A stretch of DNA of 63,460 bases, counting the filler. It is 4 parts of 4 records of this genome, joined end to end, with 100 filler letters (N's around TTAATTAATTAA, not from the genome) between each part and the next. Parts side by side here need not be neighbours in the genome. Positions count along the whole stretch, not along the records: positions 1 to 22,640 come from SRR31156797_23087; positions 22,741 to 48,621 come from SRR31156797_23114; 2 more parts are not named here. One strand, written 5' to 3'. The notes beneath the pieces were generated by a model that was given only the letters and a program-made list of their open reading frames with translations, made no database searches and was not told the origin of the DNA. The position numbers were made by a program, and so were the translations under genes. Every line of letters begins with the position of its first letter. Within the stretch, counting starts at the first letter, position 1. Positions 18,401-27,456 of this stretch are shown here, piece by piece.

Positions 18401-19303
18401 ATGAACCTGCAGAGCCATGAAAACAAAGGTCTGGGTATCGATTACAAGGCCGCGGTAGTTAAAAGGGAACCTTACTACCTGCCGGTTAAAGACGAGATCG
18501 AATTGTTCCAAGCTGCGGCAAACTCAAGAATTCCCGTATTGCTGAAAGGTCCTACAGGATGCGGGAAAACAAGGTTCGTGGAATACATGGCCCATTCCCT
18601 TTTAAGGTCTTCGTCTGAAAAGGAAGACAAAAGGGCCGGTTCTATTGAAAATGGAGACAGCAGTGTAAGACGCCCGCTTATAACCGTTGCCTGCCATGAA
18701 GATATGACGGCTACGGACTTGGTCGGACGCTATCTGTTAAAAGACGAACAAACCGTTTGGATTGATGGGCCCCTGACATTTGCCGTTAAAGCGGGGGGCA
18801 TATGCTATCTTGACGAGATTGTTGAGGCAAGGAAGGATACCACGGTCTTGATTCATCCGCTGACAGACTACAGAAGGATTCTGCCCATTGAAAAAAAAGG
18901 GGAACTCATTGAAGCCCACGATGATTTCCTACTTGTCATTTCCTACAATCCAGGGTACCAGAGTGTCTTAAAAGACTTGAAGCACAGCACCCGCCAGCGA
19001 TTTCTTTCCATCGAATTCAATTATCCAGACCGTGACATCGAGTCAAATATCATTGCCCACGAAAGCGGCGCGGGCGAAGATGTGGCTGACGATCTAGCGA
19101 AAATCGGCCAGAAGGTCAGAAACTTGAAGGAACACGGGATACACGAAGGTGTCAGCACCCGCTTGCTTATTTATGCAGGGCAACTCATTAAAGCCGGTAT
19201 AGAAATGAAAAGGGCCTGTCAGGTAGCGATCACTTCGTCCGTAACAGACGACGAGATATATCATAGGGCCATCGAAGAGGTCATCTCAACGATCATCAAA
19301 TAG
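18401..19303 (+). CDS. CbbQ/NirQ/NorQ-family (MoxR) AAA+ ATPase
   Basis: Motifs [68 protein letters not shown]. Start at ATG 18401 after AGGAGG. Confidence 0.95.
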   Translation: MNLQSHENKGLGIDYKAAVVKREPYYLPVKDEIELFQAAANSRIPVLLKGPTGCGKTRFVEYMAHSLLRSSSEKEDKRAGSIENGDSSVRRPLITVACHEDMTATDLVGRYLLKDEQTVWIDGPLTFAVKAGGICYLDEIVEARKDTTVLIHPLTDYRRILPIEKKGELIEAHDDFLLVISYNPGYQSVLKDLKHSTRQRFLSIEFNYPDRDIESNIIAHESGAGEDVADDLAKIGQKVRNLKEHGIHEGVSTRLLIYAGQLIKAGIEMKRACQVAITSSVTDDEIYHRAIEEVISTIIK

Positions 19304-19469
19304 CTTCCTGAACCGGTTGCATGATGAGCAAATCAGGATTCATGGGTCCCATATCTTATATTGAATTATGATTCCCTGGCCAATGGAAATCATAGGATTT
19401 TGGAATCGGGATGGAAAATGGCCTAAACGTCAATACAAGAAAAAACACCATAGTGGAGAAAGAGATTTC

Positions 19470-21770
19470 ATGCACCAAGCCTCAATATTCTTGTCCAAAA
19501 TCCGACACGAATTTCGGTCCAAGGCAGAAGAAATCGGATCAAAGATAGCGGCAGTCTCCAAAGAAGACGCCCTGGACTGCTTGTCAATTCTCCCGGGTTT
19601 AATCGCTCAGATCAGACCGGACCATCAGCAATTGTTTGTTGACGGTGCACTTGATATTGCGAGAGTAAATGGAAATTGCAGCCATGTCTTTATCCGCAAT
19701 TTGCCCGAACTGTTCGAAAGAATGTCTGTTTTCGAACTGGGGAACTGGGTCGAACAAGGCATCAAAATCGCAGAAGAGAACATCGATAAAGGGATCGCTT
19801 TCTTCGGGTTGAAGTCAGCAACGAGTAATCGCATGCTGAACACGCTCTCCCGCGTTGTTCGTTTTGCACAAGTGGCACCGATTCTTAAGGTTTATGCACG
19901 GGCTCTCTCGGGAGAAGAACTCCATCTGACGTCTTTGTCCGAAAAAGATTTTCGCGCCATAAGACCGGGCGTCTTCTCTTATACGGACGGGAAAAATTTA
20001 TTCTTACCGCACCGTATTTTCAGCGTGGATAATTCCCTACACAATTTTAGGAGCTACAGGGCTTATGTGGCACATCTTTGCGGGTATTTCGAATTTGGCA
20101 CCCGGGACTTTTCCGTTCAGAAAATTTTCAAGGAATTGTGTCTTATAGAGGCTCCCAAAGTCACCGAATGTGAATTAAAAGCGAACCAGAGTTGCATTAA
20201 ATTTCAGTTCTGGACAACAAATGTCCTAACCGGAGACAACCCCTGTGACGGATGCGCGGTAACCCAGCAAAAAACGGCAGAAACCCTTGTAAATAGCGGC
20301 TTCTCAGGATTTCGGCTCATTAGGGGGTTTATTGATCTTTTTTCAGACCGGTATCTGTCACGCACGTTGTTCTTTGTTCTCGAAGGCGGAAGAATAGCCA
20401 GGAGATTACGGTCGGAATATAAAGGAATTAGGGCGGATCTTGACCGCTTGATTGACATAAATCTGTCTGAAAGGCCGCAGTTGTCCAATCTGCCCCTGAG
20501 ACAGGCGGCCATTGAAGCCCTGGTTCACCTCTGTTCCCGGGGTTATGTTTTGGAGAATATGACGCGCCATTATTCACAGCTGATTCAGGAAATTCTTCCC
20601 ATTGTCGAGCCGATCCTTGGCCCCAATTCGACGGTCATTGACACGGCAAAAGCCACAATCAAATTCTATAATCTGATCGAGCAAATCCCCAATTTTTTGC
20701 CGCCTGCCGTCGTTCTTGTTCCTCTACCCGAAGATGAGCAGCAGAAGATACAGGACTCGACTTTTTTCAAGGATCGGGAAATTCTAAAACAGCTTCAAGA
20801 GCTCGATCAAGCTGATGAGACAACAGAAGAACAGGATGTCTTCTATTACGATGAATGGGATTACAAGATTCAGGACTATTTGACGAGATGGTGCCGAATA
20901 AAGGAAAAAAAGGTCGAAGGAAAGAGCGTACGATTTGTCCAGGACATCATTAAGAATCATCCTAGGCATCTTTATCTCATCAGGAAGCAATTCGAGCGTA
21001 TCAAGCCAGAATTACTAGAAAAAACAAATGGCCTTGAGGACGGAGAAGAAATCCTGTTGGATCAGGCCATAGAATGGATTCTTGACAGAAGAGCAGGTAG
21101 GTCTCCCAATGAGGGAATCTACATGTCCAAAAATAGTAAGAATCGGGATGTCGCCGCACTGTTTCTCCTGGACATGAGCTTGTCAACAGGAAGGCAGTCT
21201 GACCAGAGCAGGAAAACAATCATCGATATCGAAAAAGAGTCCCTGGTGTTCATGGCAGAAGCACTTGAGAAGCTCAAAGATGCTTATGCAATCTTCGGAT
21301 TTTCTGGCTTTGGGAGGAAAAACGTTGATTTTTTCGTTGTTAAGGAGTTTTTGGAGAAGTACTCCATCGCAGTCAAAAGAAGAATCGGCGCTATCGAACC
21401 CCAGTATAACACTCGGACGGGAGCCGCAATCAGGCATTCGATTGAAAAGCTGAAAAAAGTGGAGGCACAGACCAAAATACTCATTTTGCTTAGCGATGGG
21501 CGGCCCTATGATGTCGATTACAGCTCGGATTGCCTGGAACGTTCTGTCCCCATAAACGTGATCGAACAATCCTACTATGTCAATGATACCATGATGGCTC
21601 TTAAAGAAGCGCGGAATTGGGGTATAAAGTCTCTTTGCATTACCGTTGACCCCTTGGGAGACGAGTATTTCAAGAAGATATGCAACTATTCTAATTATAT
21701 CGTTATTAAGCAAGCCACCTCGCTTCCCACAGAACTACCAAAGATATATCAGAACTTCACGATGGTTTAG
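19470..21770 (+). CDS. CbbO/NorD-family VWA-domain protein
   Basis: Motifs YTDG, EGGR, YYDEWDY, MIDAS DMSLST, TRTGAAIRH, LSDGRP. Follows the CbbQ-like gene. Start uncertain (19368 or 19470). Confidence 0.9.
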   Translation: MHQASIFLSKIRHEFRSKAEEIGSKIAAVSKEDALDCLSILPGLIAQIRPDHQQLFVDGALDIARVNGNCSHVFIRNLPELFERMSVFELGNWVEQGIKIAEENIDKGIAFFGLKSATSNRMLNTLSRVVRFAQVAPILKVYARALSGEELHLTSLSEKDFRAIRPGVFSYTDGKNLFLPHRIFSVDNSLHNFRSYRAYVAHLCGYFEFGTRDFSVQKIFKELCLIEAPKVTECELKANQSCIKFQFWTTNVLTGDNPCDGCAVTQQKTAETLVNSGFSGFRLIRGFIDLFSDRYLSRTLFFVLEGGRIARRLRSEYKGIRADLDRLIDINLSERPQLSNLPLRQAAIEALVHLCSRGYVLENMTRHYSQLIQEILPIVEPILGPNSTVIDTAKATIKFYNLIEQIPNFLPPAVVLVPLPEDEQQKIQDSTFFKDREILKQLQELDQADETTEEQDVFYYDEWDYKIQDYLTRWCRIKEKKVEGKSVRFVQDIIKNHPRHLYLIRKQFERIKPELLEKTNGLEDGEEILLDQAIEWILDRRAGRSPNEGIYMSKNSKNRDVAALFLLDMSLSTGRQSDQSRKTIIDIEKESLVFMAEALEKLKDAYAIFGFSGFGRKNVDFFVVKEFLEKYSIAVKRRIGAIEPQYNTRTGAAIRHSIEKLKKVEAQTKILILLSDGRPYDVDYSSDCLERSVPINVIEQSYYVNDTMMALKEARNWGIKSLCITVDPLGDEYFKKICNYSNYIVIKQATSLPTELPKIYQNFTMV

Positions 21771-21872
21771 CAAATCCCGAGGGCTGAACGGTTGCCCGAT
21801 GTCAGCATATGGATGTTTGCTTTTGGCAAGCACTATCTATTTGAAAGCTGACGCATCCCAGGAATTGAGAGC

Positions 21873-22271
21873 TTAAATCTTTCCAATGACGATATCGGAC
21901 TTTTGAACGAGCTCTAAAATACTCACCATGGGCAGCACCTCAAATTGAAGCGGCACCTTTTCCTCTGCGATCCCAAGCAATTGCAGCCAGAGCTCAGAAA
22001 CGTAAAGGCATACTCCCACATCTTTTGCGCTCTCATACATGGGTTTTGAAGCGCTCGTAATCATCCTGAGTTTCTTTCTGATGATTCCGGCATACTGTTC
22101 CAGCGGAGGTGCCAAGGTTAACTTACCCTCAATAAGAATGGGAATCGCCGCCTCTGTCAAAATGACGGAAGCTTCACACCCCAACTCCCTCGATTTTTTG
22201 GCAACCATTATGCTCGTCAGGATATTATTGATGTTTCCATCGGATACGAAAAAAAGGAGTTTTCGAGCCAT
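21873..22271 (-). CDS. DsrE/DsrF-like protein
   Basis: 132 aa with a DsrE-type pattern (G-x-EASVILT..A, AKDVGV.LY, SDIVIG). The Cys usually found after the LY strand appears as Ser (LYVSELW). Confidence 0.55.
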   Translation of the reverse strand: MARKLLFFVSDGNINNILTSIMVAKKSRELGCEASVILTEAAIPILIEGKLTLAPPLEQYAGIIRKKLRMITSASKPMYESAKDVGVCLYVSELWLQLLGIAEEKVPLQFEVLPMVSILELVQKSDIVIGKI

Positions 22272-22309
22272 AGAGGTTTTTTTCTCCGGCAGGCGATGGC
22301 GGTTGATTC

Positions 22310-22639
22310 TTAGTCTTTTTCACCGTGCCATACATCCATGTGATTTCGATGGTGTGGGGTCACATAACCTTGTTTCAAATAATCTTCATAAAAATCGATG
22401 TCCAAATGGTGCAACTGCGCATGCAGATTTGAATGAAAGGCGGAGTAATAAACGGGGAATCTTCCATATTTATCAAAAAGATAGTGCAATACGGACTTGA
22501 CAGCACTCAAACACCAGTCCGAAGGAGGTTTTTGCAGGAGCTCATTTACCGCTGGCGCAATCTTATCCAAATAAGGCGAATTGACAATTGCCTGTTTTTT
22601 CAATTCCAGAACACGATCAACCAGATCGTCGATCGATTT
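22310..22639 (-). CDS. C-terminal part of a paralog of the 457-aa nitroreductase-like protein (5' end lost at contig edge)
   Basis: Frame is open to the contig end. DWCLSAVKSVLHYLFDKYGRFPVYY...HHLDIDFYEDY...VTPHHRNHMDVWH aligns by eye with DWVIEAVGATIKYYYDNYGRAPVHF...HHVDCDFYDKY...TTPQVRNHLKEYH. Confidence 0.85.
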   Translation of the reverse strand, partial: KSIDDLVDRVLELKKQAIVNSPYLDKIAPAVNELLQKPPSDWCLSAVKSVLHYLFDKYGRFPVYYSAFHSNLHAQLHHLDIDFYEDYLKQGYVTPHHRNHMDVWHGEKD

Positions 22640-22640
22640 A

Positions 22641-22740
22641 NNNNNNNNNNNNNNNNNNNNNNNNNNNNNNNNNNNNNNNNNNNNTTAATTAATTAANNNN
22701 NNNNNNNNNNNNNNNNNNNNNNNNNNNNNNNNNNNNNNNN
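22641..22740. other. artificial contig linker
   Basis: 44 N + TTAATTAATTAA (stops in all six frames) + 44 N. Confidence 0.99.
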
Positions 22741-22791
22741 AGTCTCCACAGGAGACCTGGTGATTTTCTCAAGAGCAGGCCCGAGGGCCTT

Positions 22792-24045
22792 TCAACTGCC
22801 GAATTTCGCGGCTTCATCAAACATGGCCAGTACATTCTCAGGCGGCGCGTCAGGCATGATGTTATGAATATTATTAAAGACATATCCGCCGCCGGATGCA
22901 AACAGCTCCAAACGCCGTCTGACATCTGCCCTCACCTCGGCTTCCGTTCCCCGGGGGAGGATGCTGCGGGGATCCATTCCCCCTCCCCAGAAGACGATGT
23001 CCCGGCCGAACTCAGCCTTCACCTTTTCGGGTTCCATATCCAGACAATTGGTCTGAACGGGATTGATGATATCGATTCCCTCTTCGATCAGACTGGGAAT
23101 ATACTGATAGATTGAGCCGCAGGAGTGGAGAAAGGTCTTCATGGAGCTGTTTTTATGCACGTGATCGCAGAGGGTCTTCCTGTGTTCATGAAAGAGAGTC
23201 CGGTAAACGTCCAGGCCCATAAAAGGTCCCGAATCCATGCCCAGGTCATCTCCGAAGCGCAGGATGTCCACCTGGTCTCCGACGGCTTTGCACGTAGCTT
23301 CCAATCCCTTCATATGGCGCTCCATCAGAAGTTCCATAAGGAGGGCCACATTGTCCTGATCCGTATAGAGATCCATAAGGAAGTTGTCCATGCGGCGGAG
23401 GAAGGTCCCCCACTCAAAGAGATTGCAGCCGTTGACGATCATAAGGGCCTTGTCGCTGTTATCTCTCAGCCGGATCGCGTTCTCCCTCAGCTCTTCATAA
23501 AAACCGGGACGGCCCGCATTGTCCCAGGGGCTGTGCACCAGCTTGGCCCAGAGAACATGATCCATGGCCTCGTCCAGGGCCTCCTCCATGGCGCTCCTGC
23601 TGTCGGGATAACCGTCCTTCCAGGGGAAATAGCTCTGATCGAAAAACGTCGCCCCTTCGGGCATCTCGGCGATAAGCCTTCCGCTCTTGTCATGATAGGC
23701 TTCCCAGCAGCCCCTCCCATTCTGTACGGGTTTGAACCACGCGGGGTAAAAAGCCTTGTCCCCATTGGCCATGATCGTTTCCGCCCAGTCTTCCTCGCGG
23801 ACATTGAAACTGCGCCCCACATCCAGAACGTCGATTCCCAGCAGCTCAATAAGCCTGTCACCGGGCTGGGCCAGCTGCTGGACCACATCGTAGATCTTCG
23901 TGGGCTCCTCCCATCCCAGATGTCTCATCAGACGGCTATGCGCGATCGCCGAGATTCCGGAGCTGGGGGTGGCCCCCAGATCGATGGGAACCCTGTCGGG
24001 CGTTTTATGCTCAAGGGTCGCCAGAACCCGTTCTCTTGAATTCAT
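22792..24045 (-). CDS. UROD/MtaA-CmuA (URO-D-like) family protein 1
   Basis: Motifs MNSRERV...PDRVPIDLG, FGDDLG, FLHSCGS, INPVQ, FWGGG, GGYVFNNIHNI...PPENV. Confidence 0.88.
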   Translation of the reverse strand: MNSRERVLATLEHKTPDRVPIDLGATPSSGISAIAHSRLMRHLGWEEPTKIYDVVQQLAQPGDRLIELLGIDVLDVGRSFNVREEDWAETIMANGDKAFYPAWFKPVQNGRGCWEAYHDKSGRLIAEMPEGATFFDQSYFPWKDGYPDSRSAMEEALDEAMDHVLWAKLVHSPWDNAGRPGFYEELRENAIRLRDNSDKALMIVNGCNLFEWGTFLRRMDNFLMDLYTDQDNVALLMELLMERHMKGLEATCKAVGDQVDILRFGDDLGMDSGPFMGLDVYRTLFHEHRKTLCDHVHKNSSMKTFLHSCGSIYQYIPSLIEEGIDIINPVQTNCLDMEPEKVKAEFGRDIVFWGGGMDPRSILPRGTEAEVRADVRRRLELFASGGGYVFNNIHNIMPDAPPENVLAMFDEAAKFGS

Positions 24046-24049
24046 TCCC

Positions 24050-24373
24050 CTACTCCTGATGAAACACTTCCGTCATTTCGGCCCACCATTCGCCCTCTTT
24101 CCTCTCGGGCAGAGGCTGCTGCATGGGTCCCATGATCGCCCACCATTCCTGAGTCTTCTTATGCTCAGCCATTTTCTCCATATCCGCTTCGAAATCACTG
24201 CCTGTGTATTCAAAGTAAGCGAACAGTCTGTCGCCCATCTGGAAGATTGAATAATTCCGGATATTGCACTTGCTGATCATATCAGCCACTTCCGGCCAGA
24301 TATCGCTGTGATACCGTTTGTACTCCTCCAGCTTTTCCGGCTTGATACCTATTATCTGCCCATGCCTTTTCAC
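24050..24373 (-). CDS. L-rhamnose mutarotase family protein 1
   Basis: Motifs EEYKRYH..IWPEV, IRNYSIF, LFAYFEY, QEWW, EVFH. Confidence 0.92.
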   Translation of the reverse strand: MKRHGQIIGIKPEKLEEYKRYHSDIWPEVADMISKCNIRNYSIFQMGDRLFAYFEYTGSDFEADMEKMAEHKKTQEWWAIMGPMQQPLPERKEGEWWAEMTEVFHQE

Positions 24374-24383
24374 AGCATCCTCC

Positions 24384-24602
24384 GATAAACTTTTACTATT
24401 TGATTTACCTTGATATTATCATCGATTTACCACATGTCAAGAAACAATTGCATTAATTTGCTTTATTTAGCGTTTTATAGCTATTTACTCCGGTCAAATT
24501 ATAAATTTCGCGATAAAACGTGGTAAATTATCAAGGTCTAGTTTACCAAAGTGGTAAAATTTTATCAGATCTTATTGACATTTCATTGAATGAATCTACA
24601 AT
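24384..24602. promoter_or_regulatory. divergent sigma-70 promoters with repeated GGTAAA/TTTACC operator half-sites
   Basis: Plus strand TTGACA(24575)-N16-TACAAT; minus strand TTGACA(24440)-N16-TAATAT. Quasi-palindromes GATAAACTTTTACT (24384) and GGTAAAATTTTATC (24553), plus further TTTACC/GGTAAA copies. Confidence 0.55.
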
Positions 24603-24624
24603 AGAAACAGTAAAAGAGGAGCAT

Positions 24625-25632
24625 ATGGCAAAATTAAGTGATGTAGCAGAAAAGGCCGGTGTATCGATAACGACAGCCTCTATGGCTTTATCGGGAAAGG
24701 GAAGAATCTCTATGGAGGTTCGTTCCAGAGTGAATGAAGCCGCCGAATCGATCGGTTATAAGAAGAAAAGCAAAAGCGAGGGTTCCCTCTGGCTTCTTCT
24801 CATCACCATGCATGAGTATGACTACCTCTCCTATTTCTTCAACTCCATCATCAGAGAACTCCAGTCGGCGGCTCTATCACACGGCTACACCCTGACCATC
24901 CTTCCCGTCTGGGAGAACATTGACGAGGATGAGCTCTTCCAAGAGATAAAGAACACCCGCGCCGGTTCTGTATTCACGATCCACTTCGCCAGCAAGAACC
25001 TGCTGACACGATTGGAAGGCATCGGAATCCCCTGCATCGTCATCAACAATTCCACCTACATGGACAGGTTCTTCACCGTATGCGTCGATGATTTCCATGG
25101 CGCCTATGAAGGCACTCTCCAACTGATCAAGGCCGGTCACAGATCCATTGCCTTTATGGATTACCCCAGAGCGACTCTCCCCGGAATCGCAACGGACCGC
25201 TTTTTCGGTTTTCGCAAGGCCATAGAAGAGAAGGGTCTGAGCTTTCCTGATGACTGGCGAAAAACAATTGACTTCAACGATTACGGTCAGATAGAAAAGG
25301 CCCTGGCAGAACTGCTGGAAGGACCGACTGCGAAACCTACGGCCCTCTTCGTACATGATGATATGCTGGCGGCAAAGGTAGTATACGTTCTCAACACTAT
25401 GCGGATGTCGGTTCCCGAGCAGCTTTCTCTGATCGCGCCGGGAGATACCCTCAACTACAAGATCCCCGAGACGGCACAGATTTCCACCATGCGGATCGAT
25501 ACGGGACTGATGGGTCAGTATGCGGTGAACATGCTCCTTGAACGGCTTCAGAAGGGCGAACAGGCGGCTCATGTCCTTAAGATCAAGCAGAGCTATCAGG
25601 ACCGGGGGACCATAATGCGAGGAGAGTCATAG
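24625..25632 (+). CDS. LacI-family transcriptional regulator
   Basis: N-terminal HTH (LSDVAEKAGVSITTASMALS) plus sugar-binding domain. ATG 24625 after GAGGAG. Confidence 0.95.
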   Translation: MAKLSDVAEKAGVSITTASMALSGKGRISMEVRSRVNEAAESIGYKKKSKSEGSLWLLLITMHEYDYLSYFFNSIIRELQSAALSHGYTLTILPVWENIDEDELFQEIKNTRAGSVFTIHFASKNLLTRLEGIGIPCIVINNSTYMDRFFTVCVDDFHGAYEGTLQLIKAGHRSIAFMDYPRATLPGIATDRFFGFRKAIEEKGLSFPDDWRKTIDFNDYGQIEKALAELLEGPTAKPTALFVHDDMLAAKVVYVLNTMRMSVPEQLSLIAPGDTLNYKIPETAQISTMRIDTGLMGQYAVNMLLERLQKGEQAAHVLKIKQSYQDRGTIMRGES

Positions 25633-25684
25633 CCGCATCATCCTGTTAAAATGAATAGGAAGCGATTATGATTAAAACGACATC

Positions 25685-27424
25685 ATGACGGACAAACAGA
25701 AAAATCCCCGTATACAGTCGGTCAGCCTGAAGCGAAGCAGCACAGGGCGCTATCTCGTCCTCTGGGGAGCCACCGCCAAAGAGATTCCCTTTCCCCCCGA
25801 TCCGAATCTAAGTTTGACAGAGGATGACATAGCTTACTGGTACGACCGGGAGTATTCCGGCTGGAATGTGGAAAAGGTCAATATCCCTAAATCCCCCCGA
25901 ACCGGAGCCTCCGGTAAGAGTGTGATCTATCTTCAGCCCGGCGCGGATCATCCCTATATGGAAAGCTATACTCAGACTGTTAAGGACAAATGCGCTCAGG
26001 CAAGTATTGATCTGACCGTCCTCAATGCACAGTGGTGTGATAAATGTTTCGAAGAGAATGTGAACCAGGCCATAGGCCTGCAGCCTGATCTGATCCTTCT
26101 CAATCCTGAAGACCAGGAGAGGAGTGATCACTGGTACCGCCGGATTAACGAAGCCGGAATTCCCGTTGTCGGTGGCAATTTTCTAGCTGACAATGAGGGA
26201 CACCGTTATCTTCTGGCCTGGACGGGCCCCGACGACTGGGGGCAGAGCCGCATGCTGGCCCGCCGACTCGCCGACTGTCTCGGGCATAAGGGAGGCTATG
26301 CGATACTCCAGCACAAGAAGGGCAATTCCAGCTATTACGCCCGAACCTGGGGAGTCATCAGTGAACTGAAAGAATACGCTCCCGGAATGCATCATCTCGC
26401 GTCGGCTCCGGGAATGAACCCAGATGACGCGGTAAAGTCGGTAGAGGAATGGCTGACACGCTTTGGGGATAGACTCAGAGGGATTTTCTGTGCCGATGAC
26501 GGCGAAGTGATGAAAGCCGTAAGCGCCTTTCTGAGTCACAGAAGCCGGGAGGATATCAAATGCGTTGCCGCCGGAAGCAGCCGAACGGGGCTGGAACTGA
26601 TCCTGGCAGGAAAGCTGGAGGCCACCTCCTATCAGTCCCCCGTCATTGACGCGGAGACGGCGGTGCAGAGCATCGTCGACTGGTTCGACGGTCTCCCGGT
26701 AGAACCTATTCGCTATCTCCCCAAACATATCGTCACCAGGAAAGACGCCGCCGATTTTCTCGATGACCGGATTCAGATAAGCAGCCTGAATCTGGACCGT
26801 CTCTACACCCACATCAGGGAGTATAACTGGAAAGGAAGCTATAATTTCTTCGGAGACCTTTACGACAGATTTCTGACAGCTCATGTGATCCCCTCGGAGA
26901 TGTTCCAGGGGATTTGCCTGGAAATACTGACGGGCATCATCATTATCCTGTCTGAAGACGGACTGTCCGTGGAAGATACGATCGGAAGCTACGACAGTCT
27001 GGCGAAGCATATATTCAATACGGGAGACATCCCCTCGGTTCTGGAATGGATGAATGATATGTGCCAGAGGGCCATAGCGGCAAAGGCGGCCAAACTGAAC
27101 CGGAAGACAGCCGTGCAAGAGATCATCGAGTTCATCGAATCCCATTATAGAGAGCCCCTTTCCCTGAAGTCCCTCGCCCATCAATTCTCCATATCCCAGG
27201 CCTATCTGGGACAGATGTTCAGGAAGGAGAAGGGAGAGAAATTCAACGATTACCTCAACAGGAAAAGGATAGAGAATGCGAAGATCATGCTGCTGGGAGA
27301 GAACGTGACCATTAACAGGATAGCCAGGGAACTGGGCTACTCGGATCCTGCCTACTTCTACAAGGTATTCAAAAAAATCGCCGGCCTTTCGGCCAGCGAT
27401 TATATCAAGCAGAATTCTCTGTAA
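25685..27424 (+). CDS. hybrid regulator: sugar-binding-protein-like sensor fused to C-terminal AraC HTH (1)
   Basis: RbsB-like domain (WTGPDDWG, ATSYQS) and AraC tail (LSLKSLA...YLGQMFRKE...GYSDPAYFYKVFKK). No signal peptide or TM segment. Confidence 0.88.
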   Translation: MTDKQKNPRIQSVSLKRSSTGRYLVLWGATAKEIPFPPDPNLSLTEDDIAYWYDREYSGWNVEKVNIPKSPRTGASGKSVIYLQPGADHPYMESYTQTVKDKCAQASIDLTVLNAQWCDKCFEENVNQAIGLQPDLILLNPEDQERSDHWYRRINEAGIPVVGGNFLADNEGHRYLLAWTGPDDWGQSRMLARRLADCLGHKGGYAILQHKKGNSSYYARTWGVISELKEYAPGMHHLASAPGMNPDDAVKSVEEWLTRFGDRLRGIFCADDGEVMKAVSAFLSHRSREDIKCVAAGSSRTGLELILAGKLEATSYQSPVIDAETAVQSIVDWFDGLPVEPIRYLPKHIVTRKDAADFLDDRIQISSLNLDRLYTHIREYNWKGSYNFFGDLYDRFLTAHVIPSEMFQGICLEILTGIIIILSEDGLSVEDTIGSYDSLAKHIFNTGDIPSVLEWMNDMCQRAIAAKAAKLNRKTAVQEIIEFIESHYREPLSLKSLAHQFSISQAYLGQMFRKEKGEKFNDYLNRKRIENAKIMLLGENVTINRIARELGYSDPAYFYKVFKKIAGLSASDYIKQNSL

Positions 27425-27456
27425 CGGACTGAAGAGAAACAATGCCTGCGAGCGGC

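Noticed and set aside
18401-21770. Denitrification (norQD) or Calvin cycle (cbbQO) locus
   Set aside because: No norCB, nirS or RubisCO gene on the contig, so gene symbols were withheld.
22685-22696. TTAATTAATTAA repeated three times in the window
   Set aside because: Identical N-flanked assembly linker, not a biological repeat. ORFs running into the Ns are artefacts.
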